In this document: positions 1-10,649 of the stretch, piece by piece
How positions within the stretch are numbered: the stretch's first letter is position 1
How the letters are laid out: every line of letters starts with the position of its first letter
Origin: Rhynchobatus australiae
Taxonomy: Eukaryota
Assembly: GCA_034780895.1 (NCBI GenBank)
Contig: JAUZTB010000069.1
Coordinates: 1,962,227 to 2,025,556, forward strand
Direction: 5' to 3'
Length of the DNA stretch: 63,330 bases
Translations under genes and position numbers: made by a program
Notes under the pieces: model-generated
What the model saw: only the letters and a program-made list of their open reading frames with translations
What the model was told of the DNA's origin: nothing
The model's database searches: none

Positions 1-135
1 GATTCTTGGATAGACACATGAATGACAGAGAAATGGGGAGCTGTGTAGGAGGGAAGGGTTAGATAGATCTTAGAGCAGGATAAAATATTGGCGCAACATT
101 GTGGGCCGAAGAGCCTGTAGTGTTCTATGTTCTCA
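1..135 (+). mobile_element. 3' end of a CR1/HER1-type LINE
   Basis: GGGCCGAAGAGCCTGTA...GTTCTATGTTCT tail shared with copies ending near 4335, 16660 and 36130. Confidence 0.75.
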
Positions 136-2135
136 TGAGGATGTATTGTGTAGAAACCTGAGATTGGCTGATCTGGATGGAAAAGGACTTAAGATTCCAG
201 GTGCCTACCAATGAATATGGACTTAAGACCCAAAATAAACTTTTTACCACATTTAATTCCACTGCCCACCCTTTCCTTTTCTGTGTTGTGGTCAAGAGTG
301 ATTTTAGAAATGTTGGGGTAGGGACTGGGGAATAAATGTTAAATTTCACATGTTTGCTTTGAGGATCTTTTATGTTCTTCCAGGAACTTGACCCAAAAAA
401 AGCCAGGACAAAGTTTCGGAGTATAGGCTAGGTGCAAACCCCACCACCAGATTAACAACTGCTTTCATCCGTTCCATGTGCTATGCAAATCTCAAGAACT
501 CCTGTTTTTCAAAATTGAACATATTCAATTTCTTGGCACCAGGGTACAAATATTTTGAGGAGGGTTTCTAGCTAAATTTTTTTGGTCTTTTATATTTTTA
601 GGTGTCTTTAGCATTTGTGGTATATATTTGGTTTCCAAATCCAAATTATTTTAGATATTTTTGGTTTTGTAGAAAAACCTAGGCAATCTATCTGCAACTT
701 AGGAGGTCAGTTTTTACCACTTTTATTTAACATTGTCTGTGAACTTGTACTACTTAGTGCAAGACTGTACCAGGCAGACCTCAGCCATAGGGAGTACTGA
801 AAGATACTTTTAAAATACAAAGCTTTATTGCAATAAACTGTTCATGTTTCAGAAAGATTTTTCTAGAATGATTTGCATGTGGCACCCTGAAAGCTGCTTG
901 TGTGTCTGATTTCCGGTTAAGCAAGTGGTTGGAGGAGGGCTCTTGTAACTCTATGGCTTGACTAATGACTCTGTTCAAAGACGGTTGGAGATCTGTAGTT
1001 GGTTTTGTATTTGTGATGAAATGGCCAGAGTAAAGTTCACAATCTGGCAGGCTGTGAGCTTTGTTTCGTACTACTGCCTCTAAAATAGGAAAGTGACTGA
1101 TTCTTGAAGACTGCAGTGAGAAAGCAGGCAAAACTATTCAGTTTCGATTGGAAGGCAGAATACTTCTGAGCAACGAATGCCATTTGCCTGGATTCGAGGG
1201 CCACAGTCGGACATTTGAAGCAGTATTAATAGCAATTTGGTATTTGCTTTAAAAACTACTAGTTTTTATATTTGTGCCTTTTTCTTATTTAAATTTATTT
1301 TGAAAACTTGGTGAAATATTCTACATAGCCTTGTCTGCTGCATGTGAGTTAGAAGGTGCAAGCTGAAGAGGTTACAAACAGGAAACTGGTAGTTTTTCTA
1401 AGGTAAATGTACAGGCACTTGACGAGCAAAATAGGAAGGCGGCTAGTTCCACAGAAACGTCATTTTGAAAGTTCCTGTGGCAAAAAAAATTGAAGTTCTG
1501 TGTGAGCTTGGGACGGCAGCAACTATCAAACTGCTTAGCTTGTACTTCCTGAAATATTTTGTCATCGTGCGCCGAATGAAGAGAGAGCCAGTTTGTCCAC
1601 TGGGAGATTGGAATGAGTTCGATCTGTAATCTGTGGTGGATCATAGAAGTGGTAACAGCACTTCAGGAAATGGACTTTTCTGGTGATCATGTTTGTCATC
1701 TTGATTTAGCTGTTTTTAAATGAGAAGAGAACCAAGAGCAGCCTGTGTTGCCACTTGATTAACGGCCATCATGCTTCTCAGAGCTTTGTCTTTTCATGTC
1801 TGTATTGTTATTGAAATGAGGGACTGTTTCTCAGGACGATAATCAGTTAAAACTTTTAAGTTCGACCCAATAAAAGGTGACTTTTTAAGGATTGGCAGAC
1901 GGTGGTTTGTATTTGAAAAGATTGTGGAAAAATTAGTGCTGCCTCATCCCTTGGAAACTGCGATTGATCACCATAGCAACTCTGCTGCAGCTTTGCTTTG
2001 CTTTTGAAATTCATGAGGACAAGGAACTGGGGAAAATGCGACTGAGGGGCTTTAGGCTGTTTAGTCAGATACTTCAGTGATTCGCCTTGTGCTGAGCAGG
2101 TTTTGTGTTTTTAAGAAGGCTGGAGCTCAGTGAAA

Positions 2136-3176
2136 ATGAAAGGGCTCTGTCGAGTGTGTTTCAGCAAGCTGCAAGGAAACCAACGTCGCTGGATTTTCAA
2201 CACCTGTAGCAAAAGAAGATTACAAATTGTTCTTTCCTATGTATTGGGTTATACCATTAGACGTGATGGCCAAGGAGAGTTCTTGTGTAGTAAATGTGCC
2301 TTCATGTTGGAGAAGGTAATCAAATATGACATTGTTATTGCTCGTGTTAAGACTGTTTCCAGTGAGAGGCTACAGATGTTGGCAGCAGAGAAAGACCAAC
2401 TGATTCAATGTATTGTGCACTTGTACTTCAGATATAACGAACATTCTCAAAGCTCCTGTAATAAAGAAGCAGTCCTCTCCCCTGAAAGTACAGATCAGCC
2501 CTCCTTACAGTACAGCTTGCTTCTCCAAGATGAATCTATTTTATCTGAATTTTGGACGCCAAAAAAAAGCAGCAAGGAAATCTTGGGCTGTTCGAACTGC
2601 TGGCGTTCTTTCGCTGGCGGACACAGGAAGAGATGGTGCCTCTGCTCTGATTCGGTCAGAGTAGCTAATGTGTTCTGTGACTTGGTTTGCTCTGCTCCTA
2701 GACGGGCCATGCAAGGAGACCTCAGAGGAAGTGTATGTTCACGAAGCCAGTCACAGAGCTTGTGCTTTGATTTCGTACCAAGAAGTCCAGCCCCTGTGGG
2801 GAAGATGGCCAGTCGCCTTTGTACCAGCAACCTAGAAACTGAAAGCGCATCGTTATTAAATTCCACCAGGCTTGATTGGAAAATTGAAGAATCTGAAAAT
2901 CTTCAGCTGAAGTCCATATTTAACAATGAAGAGTTGACTGAAAATTCCCCCCCAGTGAGACAATCTATTGCAAATGCAATTTGGGAAATGAAGCATGTTC
3001 AGTACAAACCAGTAGCATCTTTCTCAAACAGCAAGATACCTAGGCGTGTGACATTTTCTGCATTGACACCAATGCAGAGATACAGCATTGTAGCAGACTT
3101 TCAAGGTTATGACAGTGTAACGTCTGAGCAAGAACTGTGGGTGGAGCCGGAACATGACTCTCCTTTCAAACCGGAG
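2136..3176 (+). CDS. CDK5RAP2: Alternative first coding exon encoding a SMYLE/MMG8-like N-terminus (SmyH-like C4 domain + SKIP motif)
   Basis: ATG 2136, 347 codons, MKGLCRVC..GNQRRWIF..RDGQGEFLCSKCAFML; SKIP at 3030-3041; donor GAG|GTAGTT, phase 0. Confidence 0.85.
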
Positions 3177-3254
3177 GTAGTTGAGTACAGTATTGTTAAA
3201 CCTGTCTGCAGTTGAACTAAAATTAACAAAATAGTTTGTAACTAAAGCTCAAAT

Positions 3255-4340
3255 TAGAGAGGCCGTACTGGATCTGGTACTAAGCAATGAGCCTGATCAG
3301 GTTTCAGATCTCTCGGTGGGAAAGCATTTTGGAGAGAGTGACCATAACTCCTTGACCTTTACCATAGCCTTGGAGAGGGATGGGAGCAGATGATATGGGA
3401 AAGTATTTAATTGCAGGAGGGGGAATTATGATGCTATTAGGAAGGAACTTGGGAGTGTAAATTGGGAACAGATATTCTTGGGGAAGTGCACTGCAGAAAT
3501 GTGGAGGTTTATGTAGAGAGTACTTGCATGGGGTTCTGGATAGGTTTGTCCCATTGAGGCAGGGTAAGGATGGTAGAGTGAAAGAACCGTGGTTGACAAG
3601 AGATGTAGAATATCAAGAGGAAGAAAGAAGTTTACCTAAGGTTAAGAAAGCATGGTTCAGACAGGGCTCTGGAGAGTTACAAGGTATCCAGGAGGAAGCT
3701 TAAGAATGGACTTAGGAGAGCTAGAAAGGGGAGTTAGAAGGCCTTAGTGAGTACGATTAAGGAAAACCCCAAGGCGTTCTACATGTATGTGAAGAATAGG
3801 AGGATGACTAGAGTGAGGGTAGGACTGATCAGGGATAAAAGAGGAAACGTGCCTGGAGTCGGAAGAGGTAGGGGAGGTCCTTAATGANNNNNNNNNNNNN
3901 NNNNNNNNNNNNNNNNNNNNNNNNNNNNNNNNNNNNNNNNNNNNNNNNNNNNNNNNNNNNNNNNNNNNNNNNNNNNNNNNNNNNNNNGGTGTACAAGATG
4001 ATAAGATGCATAGATCGAGTGGACAGTCAGAGACTTAATCCCAGGGTGAAAATGGCTAACGTGAGGGGGCATAATTTTAAGGTGATTGGAGGAATGTATA
4101 GAGAGGAAGTCAGAGATAAGTTTTTTTTACACAGAGTGGTGGGTACATGGAGTGCACTGCCGGCAGAGGTGGTGGAGGCAGATACATTAGGGACATTTAA
4201 GAGACTCTTAGATCGGCACATGAATAATAGAGAAATGGAGGGCTATGTGGGAGGAAAGGGTTAGATAGATTTTGGAGCAGGATAAAATGTCATTTCAACA
4301 TCATGGGCCAAAGGGTCTGTACTGTGCTGTAATGTTGTGT
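3255..4340 (+). mobile_element. CR1-type LINE fragment (endonuclease end to 3' UTR, gapped)
   Basis: LDLVL..EP.QV..LSVG..FG.SDH-like and ..RGHNFKVIGG..FFLHRVVGTWSALP peptides; LINE tail. Confidence 0.8.
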
Positions 4341-4344
4341 TCCA

Positions 4345-4570
4345 ACCTGGGTTCAATCCTGACTGGTGCTGTCTGTGTGGAGTTTGCACGCTCTCCTTGT
4401 CACCATCTTGTTTCCCCAGATGCTTTGCTTTACTTCCCAAGTCGCACAAACATGTGGGTTGGTAGGTTAATTAGCCACAGTGAATTATCCCAAGTGTGTA
4501 GCTGGTTGGTAGAAACTAGGGTGCATGGGGAGGATAGTTTACAGGGAAATTTAATGGGGGATTGGGAGTA
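4345..4570 (+). mobile_element. HE1/V-SINE-like tRNA-derived SINE
   Basis: B-box-like GGTTCAATCC followed by GTCTGTGTGGAGTTTGCACG and GGTAGGTTAATT core. Confidence 0.6.
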
Positions 4571-4639
4571 CTGTATGAACAATCATAGTCTAGATTAACT
4601 GAAATGACCTATTTCAAAAGGAAACATGAAATATAATCC

Positions 4640-4830
4640 AATCAACCCCTTTTCACCTCTTATTTCCCTGTACCTCTGTAACCTATTCTCTGTCACGCAC
4701 CCGCTAACTCCCTTTGATTCTTTTTGCCTTAAACCTACCCTAAGGGGTAATTTGCAGAAGTCAATTAACCTATAGCCTGTTCTTGAGATGTGGGAAGTAA
4801 ATGGAACACCTGGAGAAAACTTGCATTTGT
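4640..4830 (-). mobile_element. Degenerate HE1-like SINE, inverted
   Basis: CAATTAACCTA...GAACACCTGGAGAAAAC, reverse complement of the SINE core. Confidence 0.5.
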
Positions 4831-5824
4831 TTTGGATGTCTACATCCACGTTCTAATCTGGGAATATTTCCAGACCACTTCTTGTTTTACTGCATTGGTC
4901 AACAGTAAAATTGCTAAGAATTTCCAGAATTTGCTGTAACTATTGGTAGCAGGTCTTTGAACACTGGCATTTCCATTGTGTCACCCTTTTAAGGCCTGTT
5001 CATTGGCTTAACCTTCAGTTTAGTTTCAAGAACTCGGGGCTGTGTCTTTTTGTTTTTGAATGCATCATCCATNNNNNNNNNNNNNNNNNNNNNNNNNNNN
5101 NNNNNNNNNNNNNNNNNNNNNNNNNNNNNNNNNNNNNNNNNNNNNNNNNNNNNNNNNNNNNNNNNNNNNNNNTCCATCATTTTGCAGTGTCATTGTTCTC
5201 GGATGTTTAAATCCTCTTGTGCCACATGTCTCTGCTGTTTTATTTTCATATGCCTTGTCTTGGCTCCTTTTAGTTCTGTATAAAACCATTTTCTTCACCC
5301 TCCCCCACCCCCCCAAAAAAATTTCTCCCCTCTCTTCCCTTGAAACTGCATCTCCTCCTGCATTTAATTTTGACTTCCATTTTTGACATGTCCTTCTCCC
5401 TCTTCTGACTGTTTCCCTTTTAATTTTCATTTTGGGTGAATCAGATTAATGGTCTATTATGCACAGATCAATCTTAAAAGGCTCCTCAAACAGTACACAG
5501 ATAAAGAAAATACGAGCTTTATCTCTATGAGCATCTTGCACAAATTATCTCAAGCAATTACACTTGTATTAATACAAGAATTTTTAAAAGCTGTTGGGAG
5601 AAATCCAGTTATGCCTGAAAGTACCACATGCAAAAGATGCACAGATACCACAAACACAAGACATGATGGGGGAAAAACAATATCTTGAATAGCAATGCAG
5701 GAAAGCTAGTACACAAGTTAACTTGCAATTCTTGGTTAAAAATAAATTTTTGGACCTTTACTATTTGAGTTGTTAAGTTGCAATTTGACAAGACCATTGA
5801 ATTTCTTTTTGCTTTCTTTTGCAG

Positions 5825-5959
5825 AACCTCGTTGAGAAACACAGGCAGCTGGCACAGTTGGAGGTGGAAGCCAAGCAGCTAAAAGCTGACCTAGAGGTGG
5901 CTGAAACTGCAAATAGTACTTTACAAAAAAAACTAAAGGAAGTAGATGCTGCAAATGAG
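5825..5959 (+). CDS. CDK5RAP2: Coding exon NLVEKHRQ...DAANE
   Basis: Polypyrimidine tract + TTGCAG acceptor; GAG|GTACCT donor; 135 nt, phase 0/0. Confidence 0.85.
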
Positions 5960-6153
5960 GTACCTGTCCAGTTCTTTTTTGTTTCTCCTAAAGGATGTAA
6001 ATATGCTTTGATTTTAATTATGTTTTATCCTCCCAAGAATTTTTTGATTATTTAGAAATTCACTTTTAAAATCCAAACAAACATTTGATTTCTGAGAGAT
6101 CATAATCCAATTTTCATCAGATTAATATTAATCTCTTATGAATGATTTTTAAG

Positions 6154-6273
6154 GCTCTTCAAGGACAGGCTAATGAAAAGATCAATGAGCTGGCTGCTGA
6201 GAAGCAGAACAGTCTGAAACGTGATAAAACCATTCAAGGACTGACTCTGGCTCTGAAGGCCAAGGATAAAGAG
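6154..6273 (+). CDS. CDK5RAP2: Coding exon ALQGQ...KRDKTIQGLTLALKAKDKE
   Basis: AAG acceptor, GAG|GTATGT donor; CDK5RAP2-like peptide. Confidence 0.9.
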
Positions 6274-6390
6274 GTATGTGTCTTGCCATACTGAATTCCT
6301 GCATTAGACTGGTTTCTCTTTGAAACTATGCTTTCAACACATTCACAACTCATTTTGCACATGTAATTCATTTGCACTGTTTAAAATCAG

Positions 6391-6483
6391 ATCAAGGAGC
6401 TTTACCATGAAATTGAAGAGCGAGATAATGCACTGGTTAAAGCAAGGGATTCAATACATAAAGCACAGCTGCAGAAATTTCAG
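6391..6483 (+). CDS. CDK5RAP2: Coding exon IKELYHE...KAQLQKFQ
   Basis: CAG acceptor, CAG|GTAAGA donor; 93 nt. Confidence 0.9.
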
Positions 6484-6555
6484 GTAAGATCCAAAGCTGG
6501 TCAACTTTGTTCTGTTTTCTGTTCAGCTGTTACTGCTTTTGTTTTCATTTGAGTT

Positions 6556-6806
6556 AAGACTATTGAACAGTCCCCTAGTACAATAAAATGGACTCTTGAC
6601 CTCTCAGTCTATCTCATTATGGCCTTGCACCTTATTGTCTATCTGTACTGCACTCTCTGTAACTGTAGCACTTCATTCTACATTCTTATTGTTTTCTCTT
6701 GTACTACCTCAATGCACTATTGTAATGAATTGATCTGTATGAACTGTATGGAAGGCAAGTTTTTCACAGTACCTCGGTACATATGGCAATAATAAACCAA
6801 TTTACC
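6556..6806 (+). repeat. Probable non-LTR retroelement 3' UTR fragment
   Basis: Ends in AATAAACCAATTTACCA; recalled as similar to chondrichthyan LINE tails. Confidence 0.4.
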
Positions 6807-6837
6807 AGATTTCACATTGAGATTTCTTAATCTTTAG

Positions 6838-7056
6838 GGAGCAGAAGAATATCAAAGCCTCATGACTGAGAAAGAAACTGAGCTTGCAGAGATTCGTGCT
6901 GATCGTAATGGAAAAGCAATGGAGGTCCAGAAGTTGCAAAGAGCATTGAGCCGACGAGAGCAGGAGCTGAAAGATTTGACTGAGACAAAAGTTAAGCTGG
7001 AAGAAGAGGTGGAAGAACTGCAGCTTCAGAAAACAAAGAGCGACAAGACTATTAAT
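6838..7056 (+). CDS. CDK5RAP2: Coding exon GAEEYQ...SDKTIN
   Basis: TTTAG acceptor, AAT|GTTGGT donor; 219 nt, coiled coil. Confidence 0.88.
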
Positions 7057-7524
7057 GTTGGTGTCCATTCTGTAACATGTCTTCATTTTATAAGTTGCTT
7101 TTCACTGTCAGCACACAACAAGATATCAAATCCAATGAAAATACCCTAGTTTTCTTTTTAGTTTTTCAAAAGTCCCAAAGTGTTTCATGTACCAATGAAT
7201 TACTTAGAAATCCTGTTGTATGAATGTAGTCAGCTGTTTTTGATGTAGTTTCATCAGATGTTTTTGTAATTGAGTGTTTAAAATTATTCCTATTAGATAA
7301 GCATATAATATTATTCCAAAGATTTTCTGTTTTCCAAATTGTGTGATGTAATATGACCATCATTAGTTCAATTTGCTCAGCAAGCCTTTTTGTAAAACAA
7401 AGTTAGTATTTTTGCTTTAACTGCGCCTACCTACTTGGCTACATCTCCACATTTCATTTTGTATTACCTCTTAATGCTTTAACTTCTACCATGCCCAAAT
7501 TATAATGAAGCACTGAGACATATG

Positions 7525-7680
7525 AGACAACAATCTGGAGCAACAAACAATCTGCTGGAGCTACGAGCCCTGATGCAGGGATTCAACCTAAAACATCGAC
7601 AATCCTTTCCTCCCACAGATGCTGCTTGACCTGCTGAGTTCTTCCAGCAGATTGTTTATTGCTTAACTTGGAATGCTGCA
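7525..7680. mobile_element. Penelope-derived hairpin (MITE-like) element
   Basis: Inverted arms AGCAACAAACAATCTGCTGGA / TCCAGCAGATTGTTTATTGCT. Confidence 0.6.
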
Positions 7681-8659
7681 TTTTACCGTAAAGTTGTGAA
7701 AATTTTGTTTGAGCAAAGAATTGAATTGCATCTGAGCAAACTTTTCTGACATGTAAAGAAATGTGATAGCCAACTTGCACACATCAGGGGGTGGCAGGAT
7801 ATGTGCCCAGATGGTATACTTTCAAAAGGTGCTTAAAACATAAAATATTGGCCTGGATATGAGAAGAATGAGGTAGGAAATTCTCCCACTGACTGTTCTT
7901 GTTTAGTGACTCATTTTAACCAATTTTCCAAATCTCATCTACAGAAATCTTTTCATAAGATACCAAAGCCTAATTCACGTTTTTCAGTCTTGTATTAGTA
8001 GGGTATCATTAAATGAGTTTGTTTATCTGTAGCTTTTTAACACCTTGCATCTTTTTTTTAATGAGGTACTAAATCTGTGGTACTTCAGATTTTTTTTCCC
8101 CCAACATCTGGTTAATACCTCTTTGCACCAGGCTTTCTTAAAAGGAAAATCAATAATTACATGCTGATTAGTCCATGCATGTTCATTACTTCTGCAATAG
8201 GGTGTACAAGACTATAGACAGTTGAGGGCCAACAAATCTGTAGTTATTAATCTGATCAGATTATTACTTTGAACTTTACTACTTAAGACTATATTAAAAC
8301 TCTGAAGATATTTTCTCCTTGCAAGCAGTTTTTAACTTTTTCTTTGTATTTGAATAACTTCAGAGGCTAGAAGCTCTTAATGAGTGGATCACTGTCAGTT
8401 TGTGACTCTTTCTGCATTCTCTATCCCATTCATCAAAATATTTCACAAATCAGGGCAATAACATGGACTGTACCTCCACTGTACAATGTAATACTAAATC
8501 TTCACTGCATGGGGAGAAAGGACTCACTGTCAACAATCTTAAAAAGCGTAATCTAGCTTTAAATTTAAAAATTAAAATGAACCTAAATGGACATGAAGCA
8601 GTTTAAATGTTCTATTTTCATATTTAAGAGTTGATCCTTTTGTTAAAAGCGTGTAGTTT

Positions 8660-9022
8660 TACAAACAAACTGCTGGAGAAATTCAGTGGGTCAGGCAGCA
8701 TCTGTAGAAGGAAATTGACAGTCAACGTTTTGGGTCAAGACCCTTCATCTGGACTGGTCTTTTTCCCTCTGNNNNNNNNNNNNNNNNNNNNNNNNNNNNN
8801 NNNNNNNNNNNNNNNNNNNNNNNNNNNNNNNNNNNNNNNNNNNNNNNNNNNNNNNNNNNNNNNNNNNNNNNATCTGTAGAAGGAAATTGACAGTCAACGT
8901 TTTGTGTCAAGACCCTTCATCTGGACTGGTCTTTTTCCCTCTGCAGATGCTTCTTGACCTGCTGAACCCCTCCAGCAGTTTGTCTGTTGGTTGCAGTTTC
9001 CAGCATCTGCAATCTCTTATGT
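8660..9022. mobile_element. Penelope-derived hairpin element (spans a gap)
   Basis: ACAAACAAACTGCTGGAG ... CTCCAGCAGTTTGTCTGT, TTCCAGCATCTGCA tail. Confidence 0.6.
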
Positions 9023-9176
9023 CAGCATATGGTTTTAGTTTGTGTATCTCAAGGTGAAACAATATTCCCCATTTTGATATTTAAAGTTGAGTATCACTAA
9101 ATGTTGCTATTATGACATTTCCTTTGTCTCCCTAGTATTTTGACGTGTAAAATCTTGTTTGTCTTGCTGTTTGCAG

Positions 9177-9347
9177 GATATTCAAAACCACATTCAGAAA
9201 TTGGGTGCTGAGTTGGCAGAGAAGGAGCATGCAATGGAGCACCAGTACCAGACTCTGCTAACTGAGAATAAACAGAAACTGCAAAGCCAAGAACTGGTTA
9301 TTGAGCGGTTAACAGACAGCTTAAACAACAAGGATAGACTGCTTCAG
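9177..9347 (+). CDS. CDK5RAP2: Coding exon DIQNHI...KDRLLQ
   Basis: TTGCAG acceptor, CAG|GTGTGG donor; 171 nt. Confidence 0.9.
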
Positions 9348-10340
9348 GTGTGGGCCAGCAAAACTATTGTGGAAAAATAATCTAATTGGATAAGATTGAA
9401 CTGAAATGAAAGCTGTGTAATACTTTTTTGTAGGAAACCATTCTAAAGAATTGTTAGTGAGCTATGTGTCAGTAACTGATACTTAAGCTATCAGCTGAAT
9501 ATATTACTGAGCTGTGATCTATATCTTTAGTGGCTGGGATTGATTGTTATCTGGCTCTATGTTAGCGGAACTGAATAATATGTTTGTGCCATATTTATCA
9601 ATGTCTTCTGGCTAACTGGGTGATATTATCAGCACTGAATAGGATGTGAAAAAGGAATAAAATGTTTAGTGAGGGATAGAATTGCAGTGTCATTTTAAGA
9701 TTGAGAAAATAAAGTTGTATTATTTTATTTTTGGCTTCCAGTAACTTTGTGTACCCTTTGTCAGAAAGCATTGGGCCTTTTGCCTTATGTTTCTGTAACT
9801 GAGCATAATTGGGTCAATATTCTGTAAAGATCTGCACCACTTTGAGAAATCCTTATTTACTTAATTAAAAACCCTCCTGGTATATAGTTTATTCCAGGGT
9901 TTATATTTGTAGCAAGCCACATATGGAAAGTTGCACATTACATCTGACACAGAGAAAACTTGCAAATAAACTGCAGAGTCTAATGTCTTAATTGACTCAT
10001 TCACGAATGGCAGAAGTTACGTATTACTGGTGGACCTCATTACATTCATAAAGTTTGAATGTTTTCAATGGGAGAGAAATAATATTTACACCTTCATCTA
10101 AATATGTTGGTGGGGATTCAATCCTACAACCTTCAGACCAATATTATTGTTGTTTGTATGTCCCTAGCCAGTTGAGCCAACATAAAATGTTTTGGATGCA
10201 AGCCTTCAAATCAAAAAGACAGTCAATAGTGAGTAGCAGGTGTCAATAATTAAGTGCTAGTATTAGCTCAACCTTTTTCTTGTAGTTATTAAATCTTAGT
10301 ACTGACCATTTTTCCTCCTTGCCTTTCTCCACCCACCCAG

Positions 10341-10457
10341 GAATACATGGAGTTGCTAAAAGGAGTTCCACAAGCAGGAGATCAGAGTCCAGGTGGAAAA
10401 GATACTTTATTAGCTAAGCTGCGTGATCGTCTGAGGGAGAAAGATAAAGCTCTTGAG
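10341..10457 (+). CDS. CDK5RAP2: Coding exon EYMELL...KLRDRLREKDKALE
   Basis: CCCAG acceptor, GAG|GTATTC donor; 117 nt. Confidence 0.88.
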
Positions 10458-10649
10458 GTATTCCCCACAGTAAATTCAACATGTAGTAAAATGTTTGTCA
10501 AACTGTTTTGAACAATGTACCAGTTCAAATTTTAAGGCCTGCTGCAAGATGGTTTTACCATATTTAAAGCAATTACAATTTTGTATATTGGCTTTCCCCT
10601 GATTTGTTCTTTTGGTGATTGTGTTACTGAGACATCCAGGCCTAGAGGA

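Noticed and set aside
1353-1388. Possible micro-exon KVQAEEVTNRKL
   Set aside because: Poor polypyrimidine tract and no recognisable homology
2130-3215. 361-aa ORF as a stand-alone single-exon gene
   Set aside because: An in-phase donor at 3176 links it to the coiled-coil exons, and the GTG start at 2130 is less likely than ATG 2136; a free-standing transcript cannot be fully excluded
8699-8944. Near-identical ~72-nt duplication on both sides of a 100-N gap
   Set aside because: Most likely overlapping contig ends left unmerged (assembly artefact), not a real tandem repeat
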